Assembly: GCA_010015805.1 (NCBI GenBank)
Contig: ML978139.1
Span: forward strand, 1 to 64,000
Direction: 5' to 3'
Source of the DNA: Rhizodiscina lignyota
Taxonomy: Eukaryota
Length of the DNA stretch: 64,000 bases
Shown: one piece after another, positions 26,207 to 39,126 of the stretch
How positions within the stretch are numbered: position 1 is the first letter of the stretch
How the letters are laid out: each line of letters begins with the position of its first letter
Notes under the pieces: generated by a model
The model's input: only the letters and a program-made list of their open reading frames with translations
What the model was told of the DNA's origin: nothing
Database searches by the model: none
Translations under genes and position numbers: made by a program

Positions 26207-26948
26207 TCATCCTAGGTCCATGGCATCATCATCCGACTCCTCGAATGTTGCGTCGTACCCATCATCCACATTAGATGGTGGTGGGCTCGCATCTTTATGG
26301 CCACGGCCCGGTGCGTCTCTCCATTTCAGGTGAGCAAAGACCTTCTTTGGTTGTTCTGGCTCGTCTTCAACATCCATCTCCCCTCTCTGCTCTTTCTTGG
26401 CCCTTGTTCGAGACTCTAGTCGAGCCCTGTTCCTGCTTTCGATGATTGCTTTCCGCACATTGTCCTGTTCCTTTGTAAGAGATATCGAGTTCGGTATGGA
26501 ATTGTACAGTATCAGCTGCTTGTCATTCAGCTGTGATCGAGGCTCTTGTCCTAAAAGCAGGCGCTTTGGGAATTTGTTCAGATGTTTCTCAATGTCGGGG
26601 ATGAAGATTGGACGCTCTTCGTCCGATTCTAGTTCCGCGAGCTCCGCATCGAGGTCGTGAATGAAGACTCTATCCTTTGAATCCTCCACTTGCATATAGT
26701 CATCACTGGCAGAGGGTGGAGGTACCGGCGGAGCAGATTGGTCACCCGTAGCGAGTGGGACGTACTGTTTGTGGCTCGTATCTACTTCGTAGTGCATAGT
26801 TAGTGAGAGGATGCAAACAGAGAGCGCAATGGTACATACCGAGATTCAAGAGGTCGAAGCGCTTTGCCAATCGATCATGATCCCCAATGTCTTCTGGCTT
26901 GCGCTTCGAGCCGGCATGAATGGTGTCGTGAATGGTTGTGGTCGCCAT
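26207..26948 (-). CDS. Conserved fungal hypothetical protein, 2 exons
   Basis: MATTT...KRK...LAKRFDLLNL, a GTATGT..ACTAAC..AG intron (~26839-26790), then MQVEDSKDRVFIHDLDAEL...FIPDIEK...QLILY...VRKAIIESRNRAR...DAMDLG. Confidence 0.8.
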
Positions 26949-27139
26949 TGCTGGTGATCTTCCTCCGCGCGGTCAAGCTTGAATGCGGGCCATGGCTTTT
27001 TGAAGGTGCAGCGCTTCGCCGACGCACTTTCTAGAAAGCTCCGCAAACTACCACCGTCTTGTCTGAAGAAACTCAACAACAACGAACCTAGCAGCCGCGC
27101 CAACCGTAATCTGGGTCTGTGTGTGTGCTCCTCTGGTGA

Positions 27140-30100
27140 ATGACGGGGAAGGCGTTGTGGTTTGGTTTCAGGCGCAATTTGACTCACACCATAAGCTTAG
27201 ATGTAAAGCTCCCACAGCTCAGCTCGAAATTTCAACTTCTCCCACAAACACACAGAAACTCTCCACTCCTTCTTTCAAACCTCGATTTTCGGCGCAAAAT
27301 GTCGACTTCTACTGGAGAGACGGAGTGGCCCGCCGCACGCGTGCGCAGCACTTTTCTCGACTACTTCAAGAGGAATGGCCACACGTTCGTGCCCTCGTCC
27401 TCTGTCGTCCCGCACGCAGACCCTACGCTCCTGTTCGCGAATGCGGGCATGAACCAGTATAAATCGATATTCCTCGGTACTGTCGACCCGAATTCAGACT
27501 TTGCGCACCTCAAGCGCGCTGTAAATTCGCAAAAATGCATTCGCGCCGGCGGGAAGCACAACGATTTAGACGATGTGGGCAAAGATAGCTACCACCATAC
27601 CTTTTTCGAGATGTTGGGCAACTGGAGTTTCGGCGACTATTTCAAGAAAGAGGCGATTGGATTCTCATGGGAGCTCTTGACAAAAGTCTATGGGCTGAAC
27701 CCTGACAGGCTGTATGTCACATACTTTGAGGGCGATGAAAAGCTCGGGCTCGAACCAGACTTGGAGGCTAAAGAGTTGTGGAAATCTGTTGGTGTGGCGG
27801 ATGACCATATCCTGCCTGGCAATGTGAAAGACAACTTCTGGGAAATGGGCGACCAAGGACCTTGTGGGCCATGTAGTGAGATCCACTACGACCGTATTGG
27901 GGGCCGAAATGCTGCGCATTTGGTCAATCAGGACGATCCGAACGTACTGGAGATTTGGAACAACGTCTTCATACAGTTCAATAGAGAGGCTGACCGCAGT
28001 TTAAAGCCATTACCGAACAAGCACGTGGACACTGGATTGGGCTTCGAACGACTAGTATCCGTCCTACAGGACAAATCTTCAAACTACGACACTGATGTGT
28101 TCACTCCTCTATTCAAGACCATTCAAGAAATCACGGGCGTGAGAGAATATCGTGGCAAGTTTGGCGATGAAGACTCGGACGGCATCGACACTGCATATCG
28201 CGTGGTCGCAGATCACGTCCGGATGTTAACCTTTGCCATCTCCGACGGTGGAGAGCCCAGTAATCTCGGCAGAGGTTATGTCGTGCGTCGCGTACTCCGA
28301 CGAGGTGCACGATACGGCCGCAAATATCTGAACGCTTCGATAGGCGATTTCTTCTCGAAGATAGTCCCAACTCTCGTGCAGCAGCTTAGCGATATGTTCC
28401 CAGAAATAGAGAAGGCGCAAGCAAACGTCAGAGAAATCCTTGATGAAGAGGAGCAGTCATTCGACAAGACGCTCACGCGCGGCGAGGCAGAGTTTGAGAA
28501 GTTCGCACAACAGTGTAAACAGAAAGGCACGAAAGACCTTCCTGGCAAAGACGTTTGGTTGCTCTACATGACCTACGGCTTCCCGGTTGATCTGACACAG
28601 ATCATGGCTGAAGAGAGAGGCCTCCGGATAAATCAGGAAGAGGTTGATAAGGCAGAGGAGGAGGCAAGGGAGGCGAGCAAGCGACCAAAGAAGGCTGTCG
28701 GAGATCTTATCAAACTCGACGTACACGATATCAATGCTCTGCAGAACATGCCCGATGTTCACCGAACAGATGACTCCGCAAAGTATGGCAAGAAGAATAT
28801 CACCTCTACCATCAAAGCCCTTTACCACGGTAAAAAGTTCATTGAAGACGCGAAAGATATCTTCCACGGGGACCGCTTTGGCATCGTTATGGACAAGACA
28901 TGCTTTTATGCCGAACAAGGAGGCCAAATCTACGATACTGGCAAGATCGTCATTGACGGTATTGCGGAATTCAACGTGGAAAACGTGCAGCTCTATGCCG
29001 GATACGTCCTTCACACTGGCTGGTTACAGTATGGCTCTTTGAAGGTAGGCGATGAAGTCATTTGCGAATATGACGAGCTTCGCCGCAATCCCATCCGAAA
29101 GAACCATACCGGCACTCACATTCTCAACTACGCACTACGTGAAGTCCTTGGCAACGGCGTCGATCAAAAGGGCTCATATGTTGGGCCAGACAAGCTACGA
29201 TTCGACTTTTCTCACAAGTCCTCAGTCTCCGAATCCGAACTCGAGAAGATTGCAGAACTCTCAACCAGCTACATCCACCAAAACTCCGAAGTCTTCTCGC
29301 AGGAAGTTGCACTGCCCACTGCGCACAACATTGAAGGTGTTCGCGCCGTCTTCGGCGAGACCTATCCAGACCCCGTTCGCGTTGTATCAGTCGGTGTGCC
29401 TGTGGAAGATCTCATGCAAGATGTCAAGAATAATGCCTGGCGGAAGGTCAGCATCGAGTTTTGCGGTGGTACGCACGTTGATAAGACGGGTGAGATCAAG
29501 GATCTCGTCATTCTCGAGGAGAGCTCCATCGCGGCCGGTATCCGGCGCATCACTGCTGTGACGGGCCAGGATGCACATAGGGTAACACAAACTGCAGAAG
29601 AATTCTCCGAGCGACTCGCCGAGTTCGAACGCATGCCGTTCAGCGCAGACAAGGAGGAGCGGAGGAAGCGCATCCGCGTAGAGCTGACAGACCTGGAGAT
29701 ATCAGCCCTGACGAGGAAGGAATTACTTAAACGGTACGACACTGTAGCGAAGGATATTCTGAAACACCAGAAGCAAGCACAGTACGAGGAGAAGCAAAAG
29801 GTGCTGGGGCTGATTAAAGACCACTTCGCGAAGGACGACACAAAGGCCCAGCCATTCCAGGTCCTGAAGGTGCCATTCCAGACGACCCCGAGGATTTTGA
29901 GCGAGGTCATGAAGGAGTTGAGCAGTAAGCAGAAGGATAAGTCGGTCTACGTCATTGCAACTGAGCATGGCGGGGAGAGGGTAACGCATGGGTGCCACGT
30001 TTCTCAGGTGAGTTGATGACTCCGTCCCTGCTCATCGCACGCTCGTGGCTGATTAATTTTGCAGCAATACCTGAATCAGGGCGCTTCTGCTGGCGACTGG

Positions 30101-30241
30101 GCAAAGGCTGTTGTCGAAGCAGTAGGCGGAAAGGCCGGCGGCGGGAAGCAGCCGACTGCTTTGGGTAGCGGAACGAACCCGGACAAGATTGATGAGGGTG
30201 TGGAACTCGCAACAAAGTATCTGGAGAAGTTCTCTATTTAA
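27140..30241 (+). CDS. ALA1: Alanyl-tRNA synthetase; cytosolic start 27299, upstream presequence start 27140; 2 exons
   Basis: [52 protein letters not shown], editing-domain HTGTH and EFCGGTH. Intron ~30008-30065, then a final exon with GGKAGG. Confidence 0.98.
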
Positions 30242-30976
30242 GAAGTACCGGAATTGCGAGGCCCTATCGGTGCACTGGCTATGAATGCATGTTGTTGTGG
30301 TATTATGTAAATTAGACATGGCGTCGCTGAGATCCTGTGGGGCTCAATTCTATTCTGAAGCGTCCAGCCTTCACCACCATAAAGACCGTCTTCTCCCATT
30401 CAGTGGTGGTGATTTGTCTATGGGGCAAACAACGCAATTCTTTGTAGATCCAGAACAGAAATCCGAAAACGCACTGTCAAGGAGGTTAATCAGCCGAACC
30501 ATCCTCCGAAGATCGCTCGGTAGATCTGCTTTCGTGTCCATTCATGGCTTGTAGATCCAATATTGTATAACTTTTAAATGACACAAACCATCAAGGTCAA
30601 GTTAGAATGAAGACAACTTGATTGAGTCCAGCGTAGTGAGGGGAGAGCACTGCGGATGTCTGCTGAGACTCCGGCAGTAGCTACAATGTCAGGACTGCGC
30701 TCAGCCAACATATCGGTAACACGATTGGAAGTCATTCAATCATTGAGGGGCTTTTGAGCAGCCTTCTCCTGCGCTGTAACGAATAGGTACATCACATTTC
30801 AAGCGGAAGAAATGCTTCTTGAACTTTGCGACAACATGCTCTGATGTCAAGAAGTGCTTCTTTGTCCGGCCCGACACTATAACTACCCCCGAATCATCGC
30901 CTGTGAATTTTCAACTTCTCAACACCACACTCTCTTTAAAAGTTTCCTAGCGCTTCACCCGCGAAACACTCCACCC

Positions 30977-32546
30977 ATGGATCATCCTTTTCAATGCCTC
31001 CGGGCTCGTGATGACCATGTGCTGTTCGCAGCATGCGGATCGAATATCTATTCGGTTTCATTGACAGATGGAAGTATTATTTCGAAATGGCCTACTTGTG
31101 ACCCTCCAACACCCAAGGATGAAAAAGAGCCTCCGGGAAAACACAGAAAACTAGACTCAAATAGCACCACACCACCTGCAAATGTCACTATTCTCACTCT
31201 CGCCAGCGAGCGGCAACACTTGGTCGCTGTGACTGCAGAAGACAAGTACGTCCACGTATTCGAAATCAGCCAGGATGGGCAATTGTCCCACATCAGCCAG
31301 AGGCAAGTTTTATGCATTCGAATTGTGACACAATTTCGCTAATTGAAATCAGATGTATGCCGAAGCGCCCTTCATCAATTGTGGTGACTTCAGATGATAG
31401 TTCTATTCTCGTAGCAGACAAGTTCGGCGATGTTTATTCCTTGCCTCTTCTCCCTGCTCATGAGCAGGAGCCGAGTGTGCCTACATCCGTGGAAGAGCAA
31501 GAAAAGCAGGCACCAAAGACGTACAAGCCAGCCGCTACGTCTTTGACAGTTCACTCTGCACGCAATCTTCGCGCTCTGGAACAGCAAATGAAGCGTGTCA
31601 ATGAACCAGCTAAGATCAAAGAACCTCTAAAATTCGCCCATAAGCTGCTCCTGGGTCACGTCTCGATGGTCACAGATGTGCTGTTCGCAAGTGTATCACA
31701 CGGCCTAGGGAAGAGGGAGTACATTATCACGGCTGATCGCGATGAGCACATTCGCGTGTCTCGAAGGCCACCCTCCCAGGCTCACATCATCGAGGGCTAC
31801 TGTCTCGGACATAAGAGCTTCGTAAGCAAGCTCTGCATGGTGACGCCGCAATTGCTGGTCTCAGGAGGCGGTGATGACTATCTCTACGTCTGGAAGTGGC
31901 AAGATTTTCAGTTGCGGAGGAAAGTCAGTATTCGTGAGTGGTATCAGAAAGTGGTACAGGAGAGATCTGTTAGCAACGGAGTAGTCGGGCCCTCGAGTGA
32001 TGTCAGGAATGCTCCCTTGACTGTGTCTGGTTTGTGGACAGTGTCTAATGTACCGGATGAGCATGTGAGTATTGCCCCTGAAAAATACGCGTTGAGCATG
32101 TCATTGACATATACTAGACGCACTTGGTGGTCGCTTTGGAGGGGTTTCCGGCGCTCATGTGTTTCACTGTTGCTCAACTTGAAGACCAGGTCGGCGATAT
32201 CGACATCAAAACGATGTATACGCCTGGCAACGTTTTGGATGTCGCCAACTTGGGAGATACCTTGCTGATCTCCGTTGACAACTTGCATGCTCCTGGCTCA
32301 ACGGAGAATTCTCCGTCAAATGATGCACAATTCGACAAATCAAGGCGCATGTTGGCCATGACGTTGCCTATTAGCGATAACAAAGAGACGGAAGTACTCG
32401 ATACTGAGAAGATGGACGAAATACTCAAGGGGGCCTCGGAATCGATCAAGGCACCTACGGAAGCAAAGGCAGTACAAGAACTTCTGTACGGACTGGGTCA
32501 TTTGAGAAAGCGTGGAGGTGAAGACGGCGCTGAAGAACCGGCATGA
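30977..32546 (+). CDS. TRM82: tRNA (guanine-N7)-methyltransferase non-catalytic WD40 subunit Trm82, 3 exons
   Basis: R|CMPKRPS, ADKFGDVYSLPL, LLLGHVSMVTD, ITADRDEHIRVSR, IEGYCLGH and SGGGDD. Introns at 31303-31352 (GC-AG) and 32065-32117. Confidence 0.93.
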
Positions 32547-33495
32547 GCATGTAGGCGAGATGAAGCATCTTCAAATTGCCCCCACCGAGGATCGTGACAC
32601 TCGAAGTCGACGGAGCACGGAATGCAAGGTCATGCAGGCGGATCGCGACCATACGATTGGAAAGCGATGATGCAGCTACCTACTCCAGGAGGAATGGAGA
32701 TGGCCCAGGACATTGGATCATGTAACACATCGTACAGTGAGTGCGGCCCGCACTGAGACATGGCCCAGAGTGGCGACGAAGAGGCCGAAGCGAGCAATTG
32801 ATTGTCGCCTGTAGATAAAATTAACAAAATTCCACTCTGAATCAATAACTCAGACCGTTGCTGTTGCATGCACCAAGTGCAGGAACGCGCAGCGGCCCGT
32901 GTATAGATAAAAGCAACGATAGAACGGTCGTGCAACGGCTTGAGAAGGTGAAGCTTCGGGACTTGACGTGATGGGCGCGCCGCGACCGGCCTATTTTGCG
33001 CAGTGACCTAGCCGACTGTGCAGTGTTAGAAATCAACCTCGACAAACAGCAAAACGACCACCATCGCATCATCCAAACTGCCTCGGGCCCCTAAGACCAC
33101 CTCTAGAACCGTCCAGCGCATGTCATAATCTCCAACTCCCGCGTTTCTTTCACATCAGCCTCAGCCCCGTATATTCAATTCCTCCCCTCTCCAGCTGTAC
33201 GGGTATTCCTAATATTCTTTGCCCTTTCTGTCACCCGGACTGCACCCTCGCGCCGGCCCTCCGTTGAAGCCAGATAAATATCCTCACACCGACTGAACTT
33301 CACCACACAAGCAATCACCTATCGACCGTCAAACTGTTCTCTACCGCCTTCCGTCGTGCAGGCTTTCGTCCCCTCCGATCCTCCCTCAGTCTGCCCATTG
33401 CGGCCGCGGCAACTCTCCACAACTCGAACCGCGCTTCCTCTGGCCTTTCGGCCATTTCCACACCTCTTCAGGGCTCGCTTGGAGCAAAAAGGACG

Positions 33496-34782
33496 ATGCA
33501 CTCAAAGCTAGTCAGTATGTATACCTCTCGTCTCGCTTCGTGTGCAATCTCAACTAAATGTAATAGTTATCGGATCAGGGCCTGCAGGCCACACAGCGGC
33601 TATCTATGCTGCGCGTGCTGACCTAAAACGTAAGTTACTGCAGCATAAATAATCGTCTAGTCATGAGCTAACAAGTTGTAGCTGTCATGTACGAGGGTTT
33701 CCTCGCGCTTGGCATAGCGGCAGGCGGCCAATTAACGACCACCGATGAGGTCGAGAACTTCCCCGGATTCTCCAAGATTCAAGGCGCGACACTGATGGTG
33801 AGTTCCGAGATCAGCGCTCTAAAGATGATCGAAACTAATGAAATTCTTTTATTCAGGACCAAATGCGGGCCCAGTCTGAAGCCGCCGGTACCGAAATCGT
33901 CACCCAAACAGTTGCAAAAGTCGACCTGAAATCAAGACCGTTCAAATACTGGCTGCACCCAATGGGCGATGATGAGACGATTGAGGACGAAGAGCCGCAC
34001 ACCGCCGACGCCATAATCATCGCCACGGGCGCAAAAGCCCGCAGATTAAACCTCCCCGGCGAAGACAAATACTGGGGCAATGGGGTGAGCGCGTGTGCTG
34101 TGTGCGACGGCTCGCTCCCCATGTTCCGAGACAGGCCGCTCGTAGTTATCGGAGGTGGAGATTCGGCGGTCGAGGAGGCGATATACCTGACTAAGAAGGC
34201 GAGCAAAGTATACGTCCTGGTGCGGAGGGACAAGCTGCGAGCGAGCAAGACGAACGCGAAGAGATTGACGACAAATAAGAAGGTGGAGATCAAGTACAAG
34301 TCTGTCGGCGTCGAGATTAAGGGAGAGAAGAAGGATAGAGGGTTGATGACGCATCTGCGGGTTAGGAACGTTGAGACAAAGAAAGAGGAGGACTTACCCG
34401 CCAATGGCCTGTTCTATGCGGTTGGCCACGAGCCGGCAACGTCGTTGTTCAAGGGTCAGCTCGAGATGGACGAGGATGGCTATCTTATTGTCGATCCTGG
34501 CAGAGCTTTAACAAACATCGAAGGCGTCTTTGCTGCTGGCGATGTGGCGGACAAGCGATATAGGCAGGCTATCACTAGCGCAGGTGAGTTTGATGTCCTC
34601 AATTTTGTTTTAGGACATTACTAACATTATTAGGCTCTGGATGCATAGCAGCGCTTGAAGCCGAGAAGTGGCTAGCCGAGCAAGACTCCAGCGTCGAGAA
34701 CGAGCTCGAGCTCGAGAACCAGGCCGAGAAGTCGCAAGTCAACGGCGTTGTCCCCGAGTACAGGTCAAACCCACTGTTGTAA
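33496..34782 (+). CDS. TRR1: Thioredoxin reductase (low-molecular-weight type), 5 exons
   Basis: [46 protein letters not shown] redox motif, [28 protein letters not shown] and C-terminal YRSNPLL. Introns at ~33515-33565, 33629-33681, 33798-33856 and 34584-34633. Confidence 0.97.
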
Positions 34783-35421
34783 ATGCGACCAAGGCGTCTC
34801 TGAGTGCATTTGATGATTTCAATACGACGCATTTTACTAGAGTTTGGGAATGGCGATCGGCTGCATACGGTTTCATACACGCCCGAGTGGGTCGAAGCGA
34901 TGATACTTAGGGTACGGGCACGGATTCTGGCATTGAACATAGACGACATGGTTTCATTTGCTCAACCATAAAGGAGATGATGAAGATTATGTAGAGGTAG
35001 ATGAATGCAATGATATCCCTCTCATGGGTATTGGTTGAAGCAATACTCCCTCATTCGCCAGTGATCTCTTCATCAATAAGCATCCCAGTGCAATGAGATT
35101 AATTCAGCCTCCCTCAGTCCTCCAAGGTAGTGACAATGTAACGGTTGGACTGGTCCAGTCACAAAATGACGCATCGAGCGAGATGAATCTCCATGTCCAT
35201 GTCGTCTTGAATCTTCGGAATGACGTCGGTCGTATCATGCTCATCAAGAATGATGCTCGCCTTCGATTTCTTCTCCAAGTCTGGCCTGTGAGCCACAGGT
35301 TGGCGAGGGACTTTAACTCCAAATGCTTTAAGTCGATCTGAATTTCCATCGAAGATACGCACGAGCCCTGGATAACAGCACTCGGTTACCAAAGATCACA
35401 AACCCACAATGAACGTATTCA

Positions 35422-36124
35422 TCATCCATTCAAGAGGGCTAGCGCACTTTGAAAGGCATTTACGACTTTGATATCTGTTGGGTTTATCAGTACTGGATGA
35501 ATAAAGACTGTGACAAGTTACTGACAGTGCTGTCTCTTCTTCTCGAGCTCAGCTTCCGAGTTTTCGACATGGAATACTCGAGTTTTGAGCCTGCAACATA
35601 ATCATCAGTCCGTCTTGGAGGGTGATTCAGGCTCGGCCTACCTCTTAGCTGATCGTTCCTCTTCATGATTCTGGATAGTTGAGGCCCAGATGCCAAAGAA
35701 CTATGTAAACATATCAGCTACAAGTTTGCTTTAGCAAAATGCTCGGAGTATAACCAACCTCTATCAGATGGTTGAACTCTTGGTAAAGCTGGCCTTCCTC
35801 TTCAGCTGCTTGCTCCATACGGCTCTGGTACGTCGCCTCAAGGCCGGTCCAGTCGAAGTCGTCAATTCTCATGCTGGGATCATCGCTTTCATCGCCGCTC
35901 TGCGTCTGTTCATGATCAGACTCGGCCGGATCCGCATCTTCAGGAACCGTTTGCGATGTAGGTTCCCCTCTCATGTCTTGCGTATTTTCTGTCTTTGTAG
36001 CATCTGAAGAGTGCTCGTCGCCAAACACGGGTGATGTCGGCTCGTCCAACGCTTCAGCTTGGATCATCTTGTCACGGTTTCTCTTTCGCGAGCCAGTATT
36101 GCGCGACTTTGGTTTCGCCAGCAT
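35422..36124 (-). CDS. Conserved fungal hypothetical coiled-coil protein, ~4 exons
   Basis: Spliced reading gives FDWTGLEATYQSRM...EFNHLIE|FFGIWASTIQNHEEERSAKR|LKTRVFHVENSEAELEKKRQH|..KVVNAFQSALALLNG*, with GT..CTRAY..AG introns. Confidence 0.75.
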
Positions 36125-36253
36125 GAAGCAACGTTCCCCGACGCTGATGAAAAGCCGACAGACTGCGTGTTAGCTTATTGTTAGCAGTTGAGACGTGCTT
36201 TCATCAGCTGATCGGCCGTTGTGAAGGCTCTGAGACGGATCTTGTGCTTCATG

Positions 36254-36280
36254 ACGCGTCTGTGTGGTTAGAGCACGCGT
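36254..36280. promoter_or_regulatory. Two ACGCGT (MluI/MCB-type) boxes in a divergent promoter
   Basis: ACGCGT at 36254-36259 and 36275-36280, between the starts at 36124(-) and 36587(+). Confidence 0.4.
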
Positions 36281-36586
36281 CGCTCCGATTTCGTCATGCA
36301 GCTCCACCGCGTGCGTGCCAAGCCCGGAGGTGCGCAATCGGACCCAGCAACACTTACTCACGTCAACCCTCCGTTATCGATAAATGTAGTATCTCTATGC
36401 AGTGTTAAACGATTGTAAAACTTCACTGTATTTCTTTCAGCATCATGAACAGAGAAGCTCTGCGATCATGAAACGTGGTAATCTTTCGCCACCGAAGACC
36501 TCAGGCAGCAAGGAGCTTAGAATGATCCATCTGTCCCTCAACCCTCCCATACAGCCTCGGCCTTCTACCTGCACTCTTTCATCACG

Positions 36587-38184
36587 ATGGAGTGCGATAT
36601 CTGTGGCAGACACCCTACTCCGAAGCTAGGATTTCACTGCGCGACATGTGCTCGTTCAGCAATCTATGCTCTACGCCTCCAAGAGGCCGAAACGCTCATC
36701 GACCGAGAGTCTCTGGGCAGGCGAGTTGAAGCGGTCATACAAGGGACGCATGGAGGCTCGCAGGATAGCATCACACTCGGAGGCATGCTCGTGGATACCA
36801 GTGAGGCTGCAAAAACAAAGACTCATGAGCAAACTCTCTCGGAACTCGACGATGCGAGGACGAGAATCGATCAGATCGTGGAGCGAGCTGCCTCGTTACG
36901 GCAGGATATGGAGAAGCAGAAGAAAATCATTGCAACAAAGAAGACGGCGATGAAGCAAAGGCGGTCGGACGCTGAGAGCGCCATGCATGGCCTTAGCCGG
37001 AGAGAGACGAAGCAGCTGGAAGAGATACAGCAAGGCACCAAGAGACAAGAATACAAGTGGCAGCACGAGCACAGGGAGACTGTTAGAGCGAGGGTATACC
37101 TGTGCAAGGAAGCCGCCAACCTCGCAGGACTGAGAGTACGGAAAGTGCGGAGAGACGGTGTGACAAGGCAGTTTTACTCCGTGGGTGGTATCGAGATTTT
37201 CGATCTTAGAAGCCTCAACTGTAAGTCTCATCAACGCTCCGTACAAAGTGAACATGCTAATATGACGCAGCTGCGGACCCAAAGGAGCTTTCAGCAAGCT
37301 TGACAAATGTTGCCCAGCTTCTGGTGCGGACGTCACATTATCTAGCCGTTCGGTTACCCGCAGAGATTACCTTGCCTCATAAGGAGTATCCATTGCCCAC
37401 TATATTCCAGCCTCAGTCTTCGTATCAGTCACGCGAGGTACCATTTCCAGGCTCGACTCCATCTATATCAGGCCACAATAGTCCTTCTGCGTCGAGAACG
37501 TATGACGTACGTCCTCTTCCTCGTCCGAGGACACTGTGCATTGACAGACGGCTGCCACAACTGTCGAGGGAGGATCCGTCCGCGTACCTATTGTTTATCG
37601 AGGGCGTTAGCTTGCTTGCTTGGAACGTTGCATGGCTTTGTCGGACACAAGGCACATATCACGGCGTCGAGACGTGGGAAGACGTTTGTGCGCTTGGTAA
37701 AAATCTGTGGCAGCTTCTTGTAGCTGACCCTAGACGGAGAAATGAGCGTAGAGAGTCGTCGAAGGATGCGCGGGGCCCTGAGAGGGCACCCTCAGAAGCA
37801 TCTTCTACAGCAATTGAGTCTCCCTTCTTACTGGGGCAGTTCTCGCATGGAACTACGCATTCGTTCCTCGGTGGAGCAGATGGAACACAGCATATGCGGG
37901 AATGGAAATCGAGATCCCACACAGAGCTGATTGCCAAAGTCAGAGCGCATTTGCTCCATGAGATGCAAGGTGCCGAATGGGAAGTCATTGACCAGCACGA
38001 CGAGCTGGCCATGGAGGATCCTGAGATTATAGGCACGAGGATCATGCACGCTTCTGGGAATGGGACATCTGCTAGCAAGGCCACGACGGTTGTAGAGCGG
38101 TCAAAGGAGGATGTGTCTTCCTCGCCCAGAGTCAAAGGGGCCAGTGGTTGGACCAAACTAAAAAGCAGGAGCGGCGAGCCCTAG
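36587..38184 (+). CDS. Atg14/Vps38 (UVRAG)-family PI3K complex subunit, 2 exons
   Basis: N-terminal CDIC...CATC zinc motif, a long coiled coil, intron ~37221-37270, then SHYLAVRLPAEITLPH and FIEGVSLLAWNVAWLCRTQG. Confidence 0.85.
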
Positions 38185-39126
38185 AAGTGGTATGGATTAA
38201 TGTGATTGGAACGGCGAGAATAAAATCACATAGGTATCGCAGAGTCCTTTCTCTGGTCCTTTCTCTGTACGAAGTACCCCTCAGACGGGTACAGCATCAA
38301 AGCGGCCGACCAAGCGCACACCTAAGGCCGTGAAATTTGCGCGTTCCTGACTAGAGGCCCCGAATAGGAAGGCCCGATCGGCATGGATGCAAACCGCACG
38401 TGCCGCCTGCCCAATTTTGCGCTGTTGATTCTTCGTATTCATCTCATGCGAAATGTCAACGCCCCACCATTCCATTCATCTCTCGCCTTACCTCATAGCG
38501 CATCGGCGAATTTCGTTTGCCCTTCGCGTTCGTCGCGCACAGTTTGTTGTCAACGGCGCTCGAGTCGCGCAACCTGCTCGCGCGCAGCTTGCCGAGGAGC
38601 GGATGGCCGGTTGGACGGGGCTTAACCGTCGACTATTGCCTCTTTACTCTTCGTGGCCAACCACGACGCCCAAATAGCCACTTTAGGAATGATTCCCCAG
38701 ACTCATCTCATTTCCACCGTTGCTTGCCTTTGATCATCCTCTGCCTTCTTGTGGAGCAGCCAGGGAGTGCTTGCCCACGCGCTTTTCCCTTCCAAAGCTA
38801 GCCCCAGGGCAGAGGCCACTCAGCCCCTGATGCTAACGCTCACGCCCACGGCGCGCCGCTCAGGCACGGCGTCAGTGGGATCGGGGTGACCGTCCTAACA
38901 AAAGTGCTGGTCTTTCCTTGTCTGTCTGGCTTCTTTCCTTTCCTTTCCGTTCTTTCGAAGGCAGAGTCGAAGTGTGGTTGTCGCGTTCAGTCGCTCTCTT
39001 TCCTAGGACATTCAATTACCGCTCCACTCGTTTAGCGGGCACTCGTTTTAATATCAATATCTTCAGAACCCCTTTAATACCGATAAACAAATACCGGATC
39101 ACGCGGTTCGAAGTATCAAATTCGAG

